Shown: one piece after another, positions 40,666-55,100 of the stretch
Position numbering within the stretch: position 1 is the stretch's first letter
How the letters are laid out: each line of letters opens with the position of its first letter
Assembly (NCBI RefSeq): GCF_009914755.1
Contig: NC_060928.1
Direction: 5' to 3' (one strand)
Source: the human T2T-CHM13v2.0 reference genome, Homo sapiens
DNA length: 64,000 nucleotides
Translations under genes and position numbers: made by a program
The notes under the pieces: model-generated
What the model saw: the letters and a program-made list of their open reading frames with translations, nothing else
The model's database searches: none
Told to the model about the DNA's origin: nothing

Positions 40666-42647
40666 GAAAAAGATTAGCTTAGGGATTTGAATTTCCAGGT
40701 CAAGCACTGCATACATGCCCTAATTTCTTCTATTTTTCTCTAAAAGAGAGGATACCCTTATCTCCTGTAGCAGCAGTGTGAAAATTACCGAAAACCAAAT
40801 AACCAATCTCATCCTGAAACTGGCTGAATTAAAATGCAAGTTTAAATCTCAGCCTCAGGGTGCCACTGTTAAGGTAAGAGCATTTATTGGGAAAGCATGG
40901 GGTGAAGTAAACTGGAATGGGGAAGTGTGGAAAGATCCTGATGAAGCTGGAGCTATTGAGCCCCTCAATTCTTGTAAGTTTTCTTCAGCAGTGTAAGAGA
41001 TCTCCCCACATTCAGCATAAGTGTTCTCCATATTTCAGGGGCAGTGGCATCCCTACTCCCAGAGATATCTGCTTCTCCACTCACAGTGGTATCAGCCTTT
41101 CCACATCCATCTGAGGGGATTAACACTGCATCGCATGACGAAACTGTAATGGCCTCCACTGATTAAGGTGCCATGTAAAACAATGTTGATTATTCTCAGG
41201 ACCCACCATCACCACCCCTCTTTTCTTCTAGATCTGTAACTAGTCTCACGATCCAGCAGGCCTTTAAAAGTGAGGTATAATTATGATCCATGAGGAGATG
41301 TGTCACACTCCAAAAGAACTACTTGAGTTTGCTAATGTATACAGAAAGAAATCTGGAAAACATGCATGACAAAGCAACTGAGGATGTGAGATAATGGTGA
41401 AAGGAACAATAAAGTTGGAGCAGGCTGTATTTATTGACATAGGCTCAATAAGAAGAGCTTCTGAATTTAACGTTGCAGCTTGAGGCCTTAGAAAGAGCTG
41501 TAATCATTTGGTGGGTTGGTTGCCTGAAACGTGGACCAAAAGATGGACCGTGATGAGTGAGCCAGAAATGACAGACATGCCTTGGATTCATGTGCAGAAA
41601 GAGATTTAGTGAGTTAGGGGGATTGGACTGTTACAGTGAATTTGTCATTTGTTATTTCAGAAGTACTCATCCACACAGGGAGTCCAGAAGATTGTGAGGA
41701 ATAAATTTGTGAGGAGAGTCCTGGCATCAATGAAGAGCTCTGTGATCACTCATTTTCATAGGCCAAACCTCACAGTAGTAATGTCAGTCATTCCTGCTGG
41801 GAAACCAAAATGCAATGGGAATAATTGGATCCCAGGATGACAAGGGCCAAGGGGTGATACTTAACTGCTAAAGGAAAGATTGGCATAGTTACCATAATGG
41901 AGAGAAAAATCAAAGCAGTAAACATTAGAATGCTGGAGCAAAGTATGGGATCTTCTGCAGAAAACTGCTGTCCTTTTGAGTGACAGCTCTTGGCTTGCTA
42001 CTGGGTCTTACAGAGAACAAACATTTAACTGTGGGCCACTAAGTTAAAGTTACCATGTGACTTGATCTCTTTATTATAAGCTAACAATTACCTGATCCAC
42101 TAAGCCATAAAGTTGGGTATGCACAATAACACTTCATCATCAAATGTAAGTGGTATATACATGATCTGACCCACACAGGTACTGAATACACAAGTAATTT
42201 AAATAAAGAAATTGTCCAAATACCCACAGTTCCCCCTCCTGTTATACTGCATTCTCTATCCCAGCTTCTACCTATGGCCTCATGGAGAGGTCCCTACAAT
42301 CAGCTAATGGAGGAAAAGGAAACTCAGGACTGGTTTACAGAGATTTCTGAATGATATGCAGGCAGCACTCAAAAGTGGACAGTGGCAGCACTACAATTCC
42401 TCTCTAGAGCATACATGAAGGATATTAGTAAAGAAAAACACTACCAGTGGTCAAAATTTTGAGCAGTGCACCTAGTTGTTAACTTCGCTTGGAAGGGAAA
42501 AAGGCCAGATGTTCAACTGATTATATAATGATTCACAGGTTGTGAAAAATGGTTGGCTGGATGGTTCGGAATTTGGAGAAAACGTGATTGGAAAATGAGT
42601 GACAAAGAAATTTAAGAAAGAGGTTTGTGAGTAGACCTCGCTGGAAA

Positions 42648-42655
42648 ACACAAAT

Positions 42656-42724
<69 letters not shown>
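42648..42724. repeat. Compound (CA)n microsatellite within ERVL pol
   Basis: Direct reading. Confidence 0.95.
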
Positions 42725-43545
42725 GAAACTAAAAAAAAAATAAAAACCCATGATGATATTTGCATCCCATGTGAATGCTCACCAAGGAATGCTTCTTTAG
42801 CAGTGTAAGATTTCAATGATCAAACGGATAGGCTGATCCATCCTGTGAATATGAGTCTCTTTCCTCAGCCACTGCTGTTATCTCCCAATGGGCTCATTAA
42901 CAAAATGGCCATACTGGCAGGGATGAAGTTTATGCATGAGATCAGCAACATAAAGTCCCAGTAACCAAGCCAATCTGCTAACAAGAGAGACTAACACTGA
43001 GCCTGAGGCCCCCATATGGAAGCATTCCTCAGGACAATCAGCCAGCTACCTGGTAGCAAGTTGATTACATTTAACCACTTCCATCAAAAACAAAAAAAAA
43101 AAAAAAGGAGGGGGGCAGTGTTTTGTTCTTTCTGGAATAGACACTTACTCTGGATATAGATTTTTCTTCTCTGTGTGTAATGCTTTTAGAAAAGCTATCA
43201 TCTGTTGACTAACAGAATGACCTATTTAACATTATGGTATTTCATACAGAATTGCTTCTGAACAAGAAACGCATCCACCAGTAAAAGAAGTGTGATAATC
43301 AGCTTATCCTGATGAAATTTACTAGTCTTACCATGTTCCCCACCATCCTGAAGCAGCTGGCTAGATAAAACAGTAGAATGGACTTTTGAAGACTCAGATA
43401 CAGCACCAACTAGGTAGCAATACCTTGCAGGGCTGGGCAAGGATTTCCAATATGTTGTATGTGCTAGGAATCAGCATTCATTATATGATGCTAGTCCCCT
43501 GATGGCAAGGACTTACAGGTCTAAGTATCAAGGACTGGAAATGGA

Positions 43546-43869
<324 letters not shown>

Positions 43870-45269
43870 TTACTGTTACTCCTAGTGATGCAGCAGTGAC
43901 CTAAATAGTAACCTTAAGTGCTTTGCTGACCTAGAGGTTTTAGTTTCAGAGGAATGAATGCTTCCACCAGGGACACAACGACAATTTCATTGAACTGGAA
44001 GTTAGGTCTACCACCCAGCCACTTTGGGCTCCCCCTACCTCTGAGTTAACAGGCTCAGAAGGGAGTTACAGTGTCTGCTGGGGTGATTGGTTCTGACTAC
44101 AGAGGGGAAATTAGATGACTTCTGTGCTATAGAGGTAAGAAAAAAATATCTAGCATACATAAGAGCCTTAGGGCTGCTCGTAGTATTACTGTGCCTTATG
44201 ATTAAGGTACATAAAAAAACTACAACAACCCAATCAAGGCAGGATTACTAATGGCGCAGACTCCTCAGGAATAAAGGTTTGGGTCATCCAAGAGGGTGAA
44301 GAATAATGACCAGCTGAGGTGCTTGCTGAAGGCAAAGGTAATATACTGGGTGGTGAAAGAAGAGAGTTATATATATATCAGTCATAAGCTCTTGACCAGT
44401 TAGGGAAATAAAGACTGTAGTTTTAATGAGTATTTCCTCCTAGTTTTGCTATGAATATGTTTGTGTATGTATAATACACACACACACTCACACACACACA
44501 CATACACATTCTGTTGGTTCTATTTCTCTGGAGACCCCTAACACAATTGTTTGCTCTTTGGGAGTTTCAATTTCTTCACTTGTTAATTAGGTAATACTAG
44601 CTTAATTAATGGATCAAATTAAATTTATTATGTAAGGGCTCTACACATGTTATTTATTATGTCTAAAGCCTTACTACTGGGAAATCTGGAAAAAGTAAAT
44701 TAGTTCTTGATGTCACTTCTTTGTAATTCTTTCATAACAACAATTAGATATTAAAGGCTCATGAGTTATATTCAGAGCATACTTACTGTTTAATTTACCC
44801 TGTAAACATCTTTAAGAAACTACATTTCTTAGTTCCACCATCCCCAAACTATCCACACATCCACCATCCACATGTGTATAATCACAACTGCCATGGTGGG
44901 ACAATGTGACCACAGCTCACAGTTGATTGACTAAGTCCAGGATTTCTGATTCAAACTGATCCTATAAAAGTGCCTTCCTAGTGGTTATAATTATGGATCC
45001 AGGATTTGGGAGCTGAGTTATGTTAATGACAGTATTCCTGAAAGACAATCTAACATCTACTGCTTAGTTTGTAATTCTCCTCCTTGTATGCCCCACAATA
45101 GTTCAGTGTTATTTTAATAATGTTCCCTGCCTTCACAGCACCAGAACTTCTTGTCATTCATTTGTTTTGCTTAGGCAAACTAAAGAGAGTCCTGCTATTA
45201 AAAAACAGATAAATATTAAAATAGATATACTAGGCAGCTGGCTTTCTGTCTTTCCACTCAGGTATAACT

Positions 45270-45465
45270 TTGAGAAGCAGTTAGTTAGAGCTTGAGTGCA
45301 CAGCTCTAGGGTCAGACCTCTTGGTTTACTTCCCATCTTGATCACAAAATTGCCACACAACCTTGGACAACTTACTTAATCTTTTTTCTTTATGTTCTTC
45401 CTGTCGGTAATAGATATAATAACAGTACGTAACTCATAGGACTTCTATGAGAATCAGAATACAAT
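45270..45465 (+). mobile_element. MIR, probably the target of the adjacent provirus
   Basis: gctctagggtcagacc...accttggacaacttacttaatc...aacagtacgtaactcataggac. Confidence 0.75.
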
Positions 45466-45909
45466 CAACCTGTTGCAGACACCTACAGAAGTAGAAAGGA
45501 CACCACTGCTCCAATTTATTTCAGGTGCCAAGGCTGATGATGGTACACATGCACTAAAAAGTAAGAAGTGCTTATTACTCACAAAATGTTGCTTTCTGGG
45601 GAAAATAGGGTGGACTCCACAACAGGACAAATAAGGTATTGATGGAGCAGGAAAAAGAGATGGCTTAGACTTTGCTGTGGTTAGGAGGTATAACTTGGTT
45701 AAGTGTTTCTACCCACGCGTAGGCTATGGTTTACATAGCCTATGCACACATAGCCTATGTGTGCATAGTTTACATTTCCTACCAGCCCCCCAAAAAGGGA
45801 ACACTTGCTTTTCTTATCAACTTGCCCAAGATGTGGGGTAGAAGGGAAGGGGCAAGTGGTAGAGCTCGCAAGCCCTCAGCTTGCAAACATAGAAAGTAAA
45901 TTTGGAGGG

Positions 45910-46206
<297 letters not shown>

Positions 46207-48292
46207 TGACAGAAAACGGAAATGTGTCATGTTTTATTTAATTGAATTTTTATCTCATTTCATTAAGCCACTGTAGCACTCTTTGAGACAAGTAGTATGA
46301 GTCCACTAAAAGAAGTAAATTCCCTTGAGTGTCTTAAGACTAGCATTGTATATTTTTTAAGTGAAATGTGTGTCTTAGTCAATATCAATGCCCCATCTTG
46401 GTGAGGCTTTGCTTGTGTATTTAGTATGTATTGGGATGTGAGTGACTTTGAATTATATTTGGGATAAATATGAGGTAAGTGATTTCCAGAAGTTCTTTCT
46501 ACCAAAGGGGCCAACCTTGGATAAGTAATCATTGTTGCTACTGTTGGATAGATCAGATGGCCAGACCATTGGCAATATCCTAAAAGCCTAAAAATGTGTG
46601 GATTGTTGGCCATGGTATCCAGTGTTAAAATGACTACTACACACATTGTTAGTCATTTGTTCACACTGGAATCATGCTCTAGTTAAGAGATGAAAATTGC
46701 TAACTCTTCAGGAAGCCCCATCACATGTGATTATTGAAATATTGTCCAAAAATTATTAACACTTATTTTTCTGTTCACTCAGTTGATTCCAAGAAGCTCA
46801 CTAGGTATTTGGTATGTCCAGGAGAGGGTGACATCCTTCAGTATTATGGCATCTGGCAAGAGACTAAGGAATGGGCAGGCCATATTCTCCTGCAGATGTG
46901 TTAGGCCAAAGGGTTCAGGTGTGGCTCTATTTTGTAAGTATCATTTCCATTTTAACAAGGAGGTCTTAGCGGCTGTGGATGAGGATGCTGCCTTCATGGC
47001 CCGAGGCATAACGAAAAGTTGTGTACCAAGGGTCATGGATAGTACCCATGAGAGCCTCTAGTTCCAGAAGAGTCCAGTGTTTGGCCAGCAATCAATATAA
47101 TGGCATGTAGTGTAGAGCTCAGCAAGACAGTTTCTTGTACCAGAAGTTCATGGGCATCTATCACCATCATGAATGACTGAAAAACTGTAGGGGAAATAAT
47201 ACGAGGTTGCTAAAGCCTCTACTCCTAAGGAATATCTGGAGGCATTAGTGGGGAGTATTTATTGTATTGCAATTTGTTCAGATTATAGACTTTTGTCATT
47301 GGGGTCCCCATTGAAGATGGGCTGATTTTTGAGTAACAGCATTATAGGTTTAAGTAAAATTTGTAAACAAGGAATGTGCTACTTCCAGAACCCAAAAAGG
47401 CCTAAAAGGTGTTGTTTTTTCTTTAATGTTGTGGGTACTGACAGGATCAATAGCTGTTTGTTGACAGTGTCACAGATGCAGTGACCCTTGGTTGAGCAAA
47501 CAATTTTCAAGAATTAAACTGAAGTAGCAAGGCCATTTATTGTTTGTAGTATGTATGTGACAATGGCCAATCCCCTTTATTTAAACTCATTTGTAAGTAT
47601 CTGTATATTCTTAATAAGTGTATCAGATGAATCTCCTTGGAGGAGGATGTAATCAATGTAAAGTCATACCTGTGCTCTAGGAACAAATTGAATGTAATTA
47701 AGATCTTGGTGCAAAGATTATGTGTGATGGCAGGAATTGAGATAACCCACCACGGGTAGCAGGGTAAAGGTGTATTGAGTCTTTTAGAAGTTGAAGGAAA
47801 AGGACAGCTGAGGGGCTGAACAGAAACAGACACTGAACAGAATATATTAGCCAAGTCCATAACTGCAAAGTATCACTGGCTGATTGGATAGAGTCAGTAA
47901 TTTAAATAATATTGGGCACGAGGGCCTTAATGGGAGGGGTACAGCATTAAGGTTGTGGCAATGCATTATGAAACAAAGTCTTTCTGTCCATGTTGAAGAA
48001 CAAGCCAAATTTGATTGGCAGACGGAAAAGCAGTGTGCAAAATTACCTCTTCTCTGCACAGATCTTGTATAATGAGTTTGAATCCTTGGAGACATTTTTT
48101 TTAACTTATATTGAGCTGTATTTACCATCTAATCAGGGGTGAGAGGCCATGGGTGTACTTTCTGTCAAGCTAGTTATAAGTGCCAGAAGTGTAATTTAAT
48201 TTCAAATTATTAATCTTTGGGCTATTTATGCCTATTATAGGATATTATAGGGAAATAGGCTCTATGGCTATGGAGAATTTAGGCAAGGCAAT

Positions 48293-48651
48293 TGTATTAG
48301 TCTATTCTCATGCTGCCAGTCAAGACATACCCAAGACTGGGTAATTTATAAAGAAAAAGTTCAATGGACTCACAGTTCCACGTGGCTGAGGAGGCCTGAA
48401 AGTCATGATGGAAGGCAAAAGACACATCTTACATGGTGGCAGGCAATAGAGAGTGACAGCTAAGCAAAAGGGGAAATCTCTTATAGAACCATCAGGTCTC
48501 ATGAGATTTATTCACTACCATGAGAAGATTCCGGGGGAAACTGCCCCCATGATTCAATTATCTCCCACTGGATCCCTACCACAATGTGTGGGAATTATGG
48601 GAGCTACAATTCAAGTTGAGACTTGGGTGGGGACACTGCCAAGTGATATCA
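48293..48651 (-). mobile_element. THE1B/C-like solo LTR nested in the provirus
   Basis: tgtattagtctattctcatgctg...aagacatacccaagactggg...gatatca; exact TSD gcaat at 48288-48292 and 48652-48656. Confidence 0.94.
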
Positions 48652-49829
48652 GCAATTGTTCTGATGGTTAAGTTGTAAATCATATATAATTTTGTCCTCT
48701 CTTGTATGTTTACTAACTCTTCTAAGAGCATAGCAGATACCTAGTTTAAATTTAGTGGAATACTCAAGTTTAACTCTAATTTGAGACTTAGTGTCAACTA
48801 AGTCTCTGAAAGTTTGCCAATTGCTACACTTCAGCAGATGTTAAAGTTAATTTTAAACCTGCAAAGTCAATCAGCACCCACTTATTTTTTTCATAAATTC
48901 TTTTAGCAAATATTTGAATTGCGGATCTTTGTTTTATGTTTTGTTTCCTCCTCCTGTATCCAAGTGTTTGGTTTTTCTTTGCTTCATTGGTGTCTGTATA
49001 TTCTTTGAGTGGTTTCTCCTCCGTAATCATATCTATAAGTTTCTCTCTTTAGAGTATCTCAAATCAGTGTCATCAGGATTTGGGACCTGCTTCATGACAA
49101 TGGTTTCTTTATAGAGTTTAAATATCCCAGGCTTATGTTGGGTTTAAATTAACGTCTTGGTTATACACTGGAGTGCATTAATTACTTCTCCCTAAAGCCC
49201 TGTAGGTCAGGATCATTTGGTAACAGAGGTATAGGGGAAAGTGCAGCAAAGTTATTTTGTAAGATCCGAGTGAGCCACCTGGTTTTAGGAGGATGGATCT
49301 TAACAGGCCACATGATGTAGTCTTACTTCACATGAGACCACCCAATGTGGCTTTATATCACACAAGATATTAGACTTCCCCTTATTACTGTATACATTGG
49401 GAGCCAACACCTGGTTGAGACACAGAACCCATGACCATAGGGGGAGAATTGTTTTCCTGAGCCTAGAATCTATCCTTGGTTTTGCTGGAATTAAGACAAA
49501 CAATTCAACCTGAGATACATGGATATGTTCAGGCAGAGACATAGGACAAAAGCCACTTTAAAGTGGATCTCAAACACATATTCTGCTCCTAAACATCACT
49601 TATTTAAAATTCTGATATAGTCAAATCTATAACAGAAGCTCAGTAGAATCCAGCAAATGTAGCACAAAACAGCAAGAGCAAGATTTCCAGCAGACAACAA
49701 CTCACAGCTCAAGTTCACCAGCAGACAGCAACACAGCTCAAAGAGCAAGCTGGCCAACAGGCAGCAGAGTAAATTAGTAAGCTAGAGCAAAAGAAGAAAG
49801 ACCCTCAGTAGTGGTGATCTTACCCAGGT

Positions 49830-49847
49830 ATTCTGTTCATAATGTCA
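49830..49847 (-). other. Decayed primer-binding site, tRNA-Ser(CGA)-like
   Basis: Minus strand tgacattatgaacagaat 1 nt after the 5' LTR versus expected tggcgtcacgaacaggat; 13/18 identical, all mismatches transitions. Confidence 0.65.
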
Positions 49848-50299
49848 ATGATTGAAGTCTCCCCACAGGAACAAAATGGGTACTCTACTCAAAATTTGAA
49901 TAAGATATTAATCTGATGACACCACACATACACAAAGAGGGTATGAAAAAGTGTTTATGAGGCTTTCTAGGTGCAGCAGAGCAAGCTACTAAGCACATCT
50001 GAAAATGGCTTGGGAGAAGAAGTTACGAGACTGCATTGTCTCTTTTTGTGGATTAGGGGCTCAAGCTTGGATAAGAGTTCCCCAAGCATAGAGAGAATAC
50101 GGCTTGTGTACTTTGAACTGCTCTTTGGTGCCAAAGTAGTCAGCACTTGGGATTTTTTATCAGATTTCTCAGATGCAGGTTGAAAAGGGAGAAGTAATGG
50201 AGGGACTTGAAAGCTCTCAGTAGTCAAATATCAAAATTGGAGTCAAATTGTTTATTACACAAACATATTAGTTTTCAACGAAAGTTAAGTGATCTTATT

Positions 50300-50650
50300 A
50301 TCCTTAGAGGGTTGAATTCCATTTTATATTTGTCACTCCATAATCACGAGTTGGCTGCTGAACTTCCAGGCATTACACACCCATTCTTAGCAAAAGGGAG
50401 GGGGAAATGATGTAAGTTGCCACATTTTCATCTGCTCCTTTTATGAAGAACAAACTTTCCCAAGAACTCTTACCATAGCTTTTTCCCTGGATATCATTGA
50501 CTAAAACCGAATGAAATGGCCATCCGTAGTTCTAAGAAAAACTAAGAACGTTATTATTTATAACATTGAACCCAGTGAGGAGAGGAGGATACTCTTGGAA
50601 AAGAAGAGGGTGATGGCTATTGATAGGTAGCTGACTATGACAGTAATGCT
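50300..50650 (-). mobile_element. MLT1K/L-like fragment
   Basis: tggctgctgaacttccaggcattacac...aaactttcccaagaactc...atatcattgactaaaac. Confidence 0.55.
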
Positions 50651-52159
50651 ATTTGTATATCTTCTGCAAAATAGGTTTGCATAGTAGTTACCAACGGCTG
50701 CAAGCACTGAAAATTGTTTTGCTGCAGCACACATCTCTGCTCCTGGAAGTTGACATCCATCACATACAAATTGCTGAGGAACTGGTGATAATTGCTGCTT
50801 TAACAACATTGTGTCTTGTCTTATCCATGTGGAGGAAGGGGAGGGGCTGGGGGAAGAAGTACTTATTACACCAGGAATTCACTGAAATTTCTCCTTACCT
50901 TTCTGTTTGAGTGACATAGATGAGCATGCAATTTTCTGCAGACTATTATTACGTTGGCTACATATGTAGCTTGTCTTTTTAAAGGATGGAAATGAGCGGG
51001 CTTGACCCTGAATAGTAATCATTACCTATTTCTGACTCCATATCAGACATAAATTACCTTTCCCACCCATTTCCAAAAGTCATTATAAAAAATGTTGAAA
51101 AGTACATTTTCATCCGGTTGCATAAGCAAATAAGAAGGGAGGAGAGGAGCAGCACATGTGTTAAAGAACCAGAATAAAAGCTATTCATGTTAGGATATCA
51201 CAATTGTGTATCTCAATGCCTTTCCTTTCATACTTAAGAAACATAATGCCTTTGAAAATGAAAAGAAAAAATCAAAGCTATTAAACACATGTTCTTTTCT
51301 CTGTGCCTCTGCATTGATTAATACCCTGAGCTCACACAGCTGTAAAGTTATACTGATGTCCTCTTTAGATCATGCCTCACATTACTTTACTCAGAAAAGG
51401 AGAGAAAGACTTGTCAAGTAAAAGAATAAATGAGATGTCTCATTTACATTGAAATATAGAGAGTATCAAAGAAAAGGGCTGCTTCTTGTTCACCAAGTGC
51501 ACTTCTTAACTCATAATATACTGATGATATAATGGAGCTGGACATGTCACAATCATTTGCACTTGACCTTGCTTTCTATAGTGTCTTCCTATGCCTCTTA
51601 TTTCAAAAACAACTGCAAAATTGGATTTTTATTCACTCAGGAAATTACTAGACCCTAATGTGTTGTTGTTGTTTTTGATATCCTGAGATCAAAATTTTGC
51701 TCCTTGATTTGGATTATTTTATCCTGTTAGAGTATCCACATGATTAAAAAAAAAACCTTGCAAATAAAATACCCCAAATTCACTATACTATAAAAATGTT
51801 TTATCACCTATCCTCTTAACAGGAAGTACAGGTGTAGTCAAATACATTCAGTCAGATACATTCTTTACTACTTGACTTCAACCATTGGTCACCATAGGCT
51901 AGTGGCATTTGAGCAATTGATTGAAATTAGTATTTCTTTCTGATCATATGAAACAATCTGAATCTTTTAAAGTATTATAAAAGCACCACAAATAAATATG
52001 TTCAGACTCCTTTCTTGTCACATTCTAAATTAAAAAAACAAACAAACTTTGACCATTTATTTCCCTGATAAATGACAACTATAATGTTATTTCACTTAAT
52101 AACTAAATACAGAAGCTGACAATTTTCTCAGTTGGCTAGACATTTTAACAATAGCACTG

Positions 52160-55100
52160 AAAGCTCCTGGAGAGTGACATCAGAAAAATGCTGGAATAGC
52201 AGGCTCCTGTGCTCATCCCCTCAAGGAAGCACCAATTTAAACAACCATCTGTACCCAATAATACCTTCAAAAGAACTAAGAAACACAGGTGAGAGATTAC
52301 TGCACTTAAGTGGAGGATAGAGATAAGAAAAAAGATATTTAAGAGGGTAAAAAAAGTTTCACATTACCTGTGTCACCCTTCTCCAAAGTGTAACAATGCA
52401 ATGCAGAGAGAGATCATCTTTGCATGAGGGAAAGAGAGTGAAGGGAGCACTGGACTGCTCTGCAGACCCCAGCATCAGATCTGCTTCCGTGAACCTTGGT
52501 GATAGGCTGGCCCCTATGGCCCCAGGCTCCATCTTAAGCACTGTAGCAGCAGGCTTGAGACACCTTTGAGGGCCCAGCTGGCTTCATAGCCCTGGGCTTC
52601 AAGTATATCCCTACAAATCCACTTTCTTGGCCCACCCCGTTGGACCCTGGCACCAGACTGAGCTTTGTATACCTAAGATTCTGACCCACCCTAGTGGACC
52701 ACGTTTCCAGGCTTGTCTCTGCAGATTCAGGAAAGACCCAAATACTACGCCCACACGGCCACTAAGCAAGGTATGAGTCCAGCTCGTTCAAGGACTGCAG
52801 CATCAAGCCCAGCAATTGTCTTAAAGAACCTCAGTGAGCCACAAGAGTGCGCAGACAGACAACAAAACAATATCAGGAAAGTAATGCCTGAAGGATATTA
52901 TAAGTTCAACAAAAATGTAGAAACCACAATAAAGAACCAAACATAATATTTTGGAGCTGAGGAACACAATGACTGAACTGAAAAATTCCTTAGGGAACTT
53001 CAATAAAGATCTCTGTCAGGCAGAAGAAAGAATCCGCAAGTTAGAAAATAAGTCATTTGAAATTTTCCTGTTAGAAAAACAAAAAAGTAAAAAGAATAAA
53101 GAGTAAATAAAGCCTGTGGAGTTTATGGGACACCATCAAGCAAATCAACATACATATATGCAAACCCCTGAAGGAGCAGAGGAAAAGTGGAAAAGAGTTT
53201 ATTTTAAAAAATAATGACAGGAAAATTTTCAAAGAAATAAACATCCTGATCCATGAAGCCAAAGAACACCAAATAGATTAAAAATAAAGAAATCTTCCCC
53301 TTCCTGTGTCCATGTGTTCTCATTGTTCAATTCCCACCTATGAGTGAGAACATGCAGTGTTTGATTTTTTGTCCTTGCAATAGTTTGCTGAGAATGATGG
53401 TTTCCAGCTTCATCCATGTCCCTACAAAGGACATGAACTCATCATTTTTCATGGCTGCATAGTATTCCATGGTGTATATGTGCCACATTTTCTTAATCCA
53501 GTCTATCATTGTTGAACATTTGGGTTGGTTCCAAGTCTTTGTTATTGTGAATAGTGCCGCAGTAAACATACATGGTCATGTGTCTTTATAGCAGCATGAT
53601 TTATAATCTTTTGGGTATATACCAAGTAATGGGATTGCTGGGTCAAATGGTATTTCTAGTTCTAGATCCCTGAGGAATCGCCACACTGACTTCCACAATG
53701 GTTGAAGTAGTTTACAGTCCCACCAACAGTGTAAAAGTGTTCCTATTTCTCCACATCCTCTCCAGCACCTGTTGTTTCCTGACTTTTTAATGATTGCCAT
53801 TCTAACTGGTGTGAGATGGTATCTCATTGTGGTTGTGGGGTGGGGAGAGGGAGGAGGGATAGCATTTGGAGATATACCTAATGGTAAATGACGAGTTACT
53901 GCGTGCAGCACACCAACATGGCACATGTATACATATGTAACTAAACTGCACGTTGTGCACATGTACCCCAAAACTTAAAGTGTAATAAAAAAAGAAAAAA
54001 ATAAAGAAATCTTTATCCAGACACATTATTATCAAATATTCGTAAGTCAAAGACAAAGAGAGAACTTTGAAAACAGTAAGAGAAAAGTGACTCATTACAT
54101 ACAAGGAAACTACCATAAGATTATCAAAGGGTTTTTCAGAAACCTTGCAAGCCAGGAGATAGTGAAATAATATACTCAAAGTCCAGAAAGAAAAAAAAAA
54201 AAACTGCCAACCAAAAATATTATGCTGAGAAAATTTTTCTTTCAGAAATGAAAGTAAGATAAAAATGTTACCGAAATAAAAACCGAGGAAGTTTATGACC
54301 ACTAGATCAGCCTTACAAGATGCTTAAGGAAATTTTTCAAGTTGAAATAAAAGGATCCTAACTAATGATAAAAACATTTGAAATTCTCAAACACACTATA
54401 AAATTTTAGTTCATATTTTTATTATATAAATAATACAATAAAATTCAGAGTACTTTAATACTATAACAGTGGTATATGAATATAAACTTTTAACTGTAGT
54501 AGAAAAGGTAAAAAAGACGAAAGCTTTAACAATGAGTACAGACACAAGTATTCTTAAATGAATACACAATAACAAAATATATAAGCTGTTAGTTCAAAAC
54601 AAAAAAATATAGGGGAGAAAAAGTTAAAGTATAGAGTTTTTTTATGCAGTAAAACTGAAACTATTATATCTTTAAAACAGACCATTATAACTATAAGATA
54701 ATTTATGTAAGCAACATTATAACCACAAAGAACAGACTTGTAATAGATATACAAATATATAAGGAAAGTATTCGAAGCATGTCACTACAAAAATTCATCA
54801 AATAATAAAGAAATCCAGGGAGAGAGAAAGCAACTACAAAACAGTAAAAAAAAAAAAAAAAAAGTGGGAATAAGTTCTTTTTTATAAATAATTACTTTAA
54901 ATGTAAATGTATTAAATTATCTAATCAAAAGATAAAGAATCTCTGAATAGATAAGAAAGAAACAAACCAAATAAAATGAGAATCAACTATATACTGCCTA
55001 GAGAAGACTTACTTCAGCTTTCAGAACACAAATAAGCTGAAAGTAGAAGAATAAAAAAAATTTTTTTTCATGAAAATGGAAACCAAGAGAGACCAAGGTG

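Noticed and set aside
42472-42816. ORFs with VCVC repeats
   Set aside because: Translation of a (CA)n/(TG)n microsatellite
44830-45110. Possible LTR16/LTR33-like fragment
   Set aside because: Only a short weak motif match (gttgattgactaagtccagg...); too degraded to call
53576-54302. 131-aa and 166-aa minus-strand ORFs
   Set aside because: Read-through of the L1 inversion junction and antisense L1 ORF1
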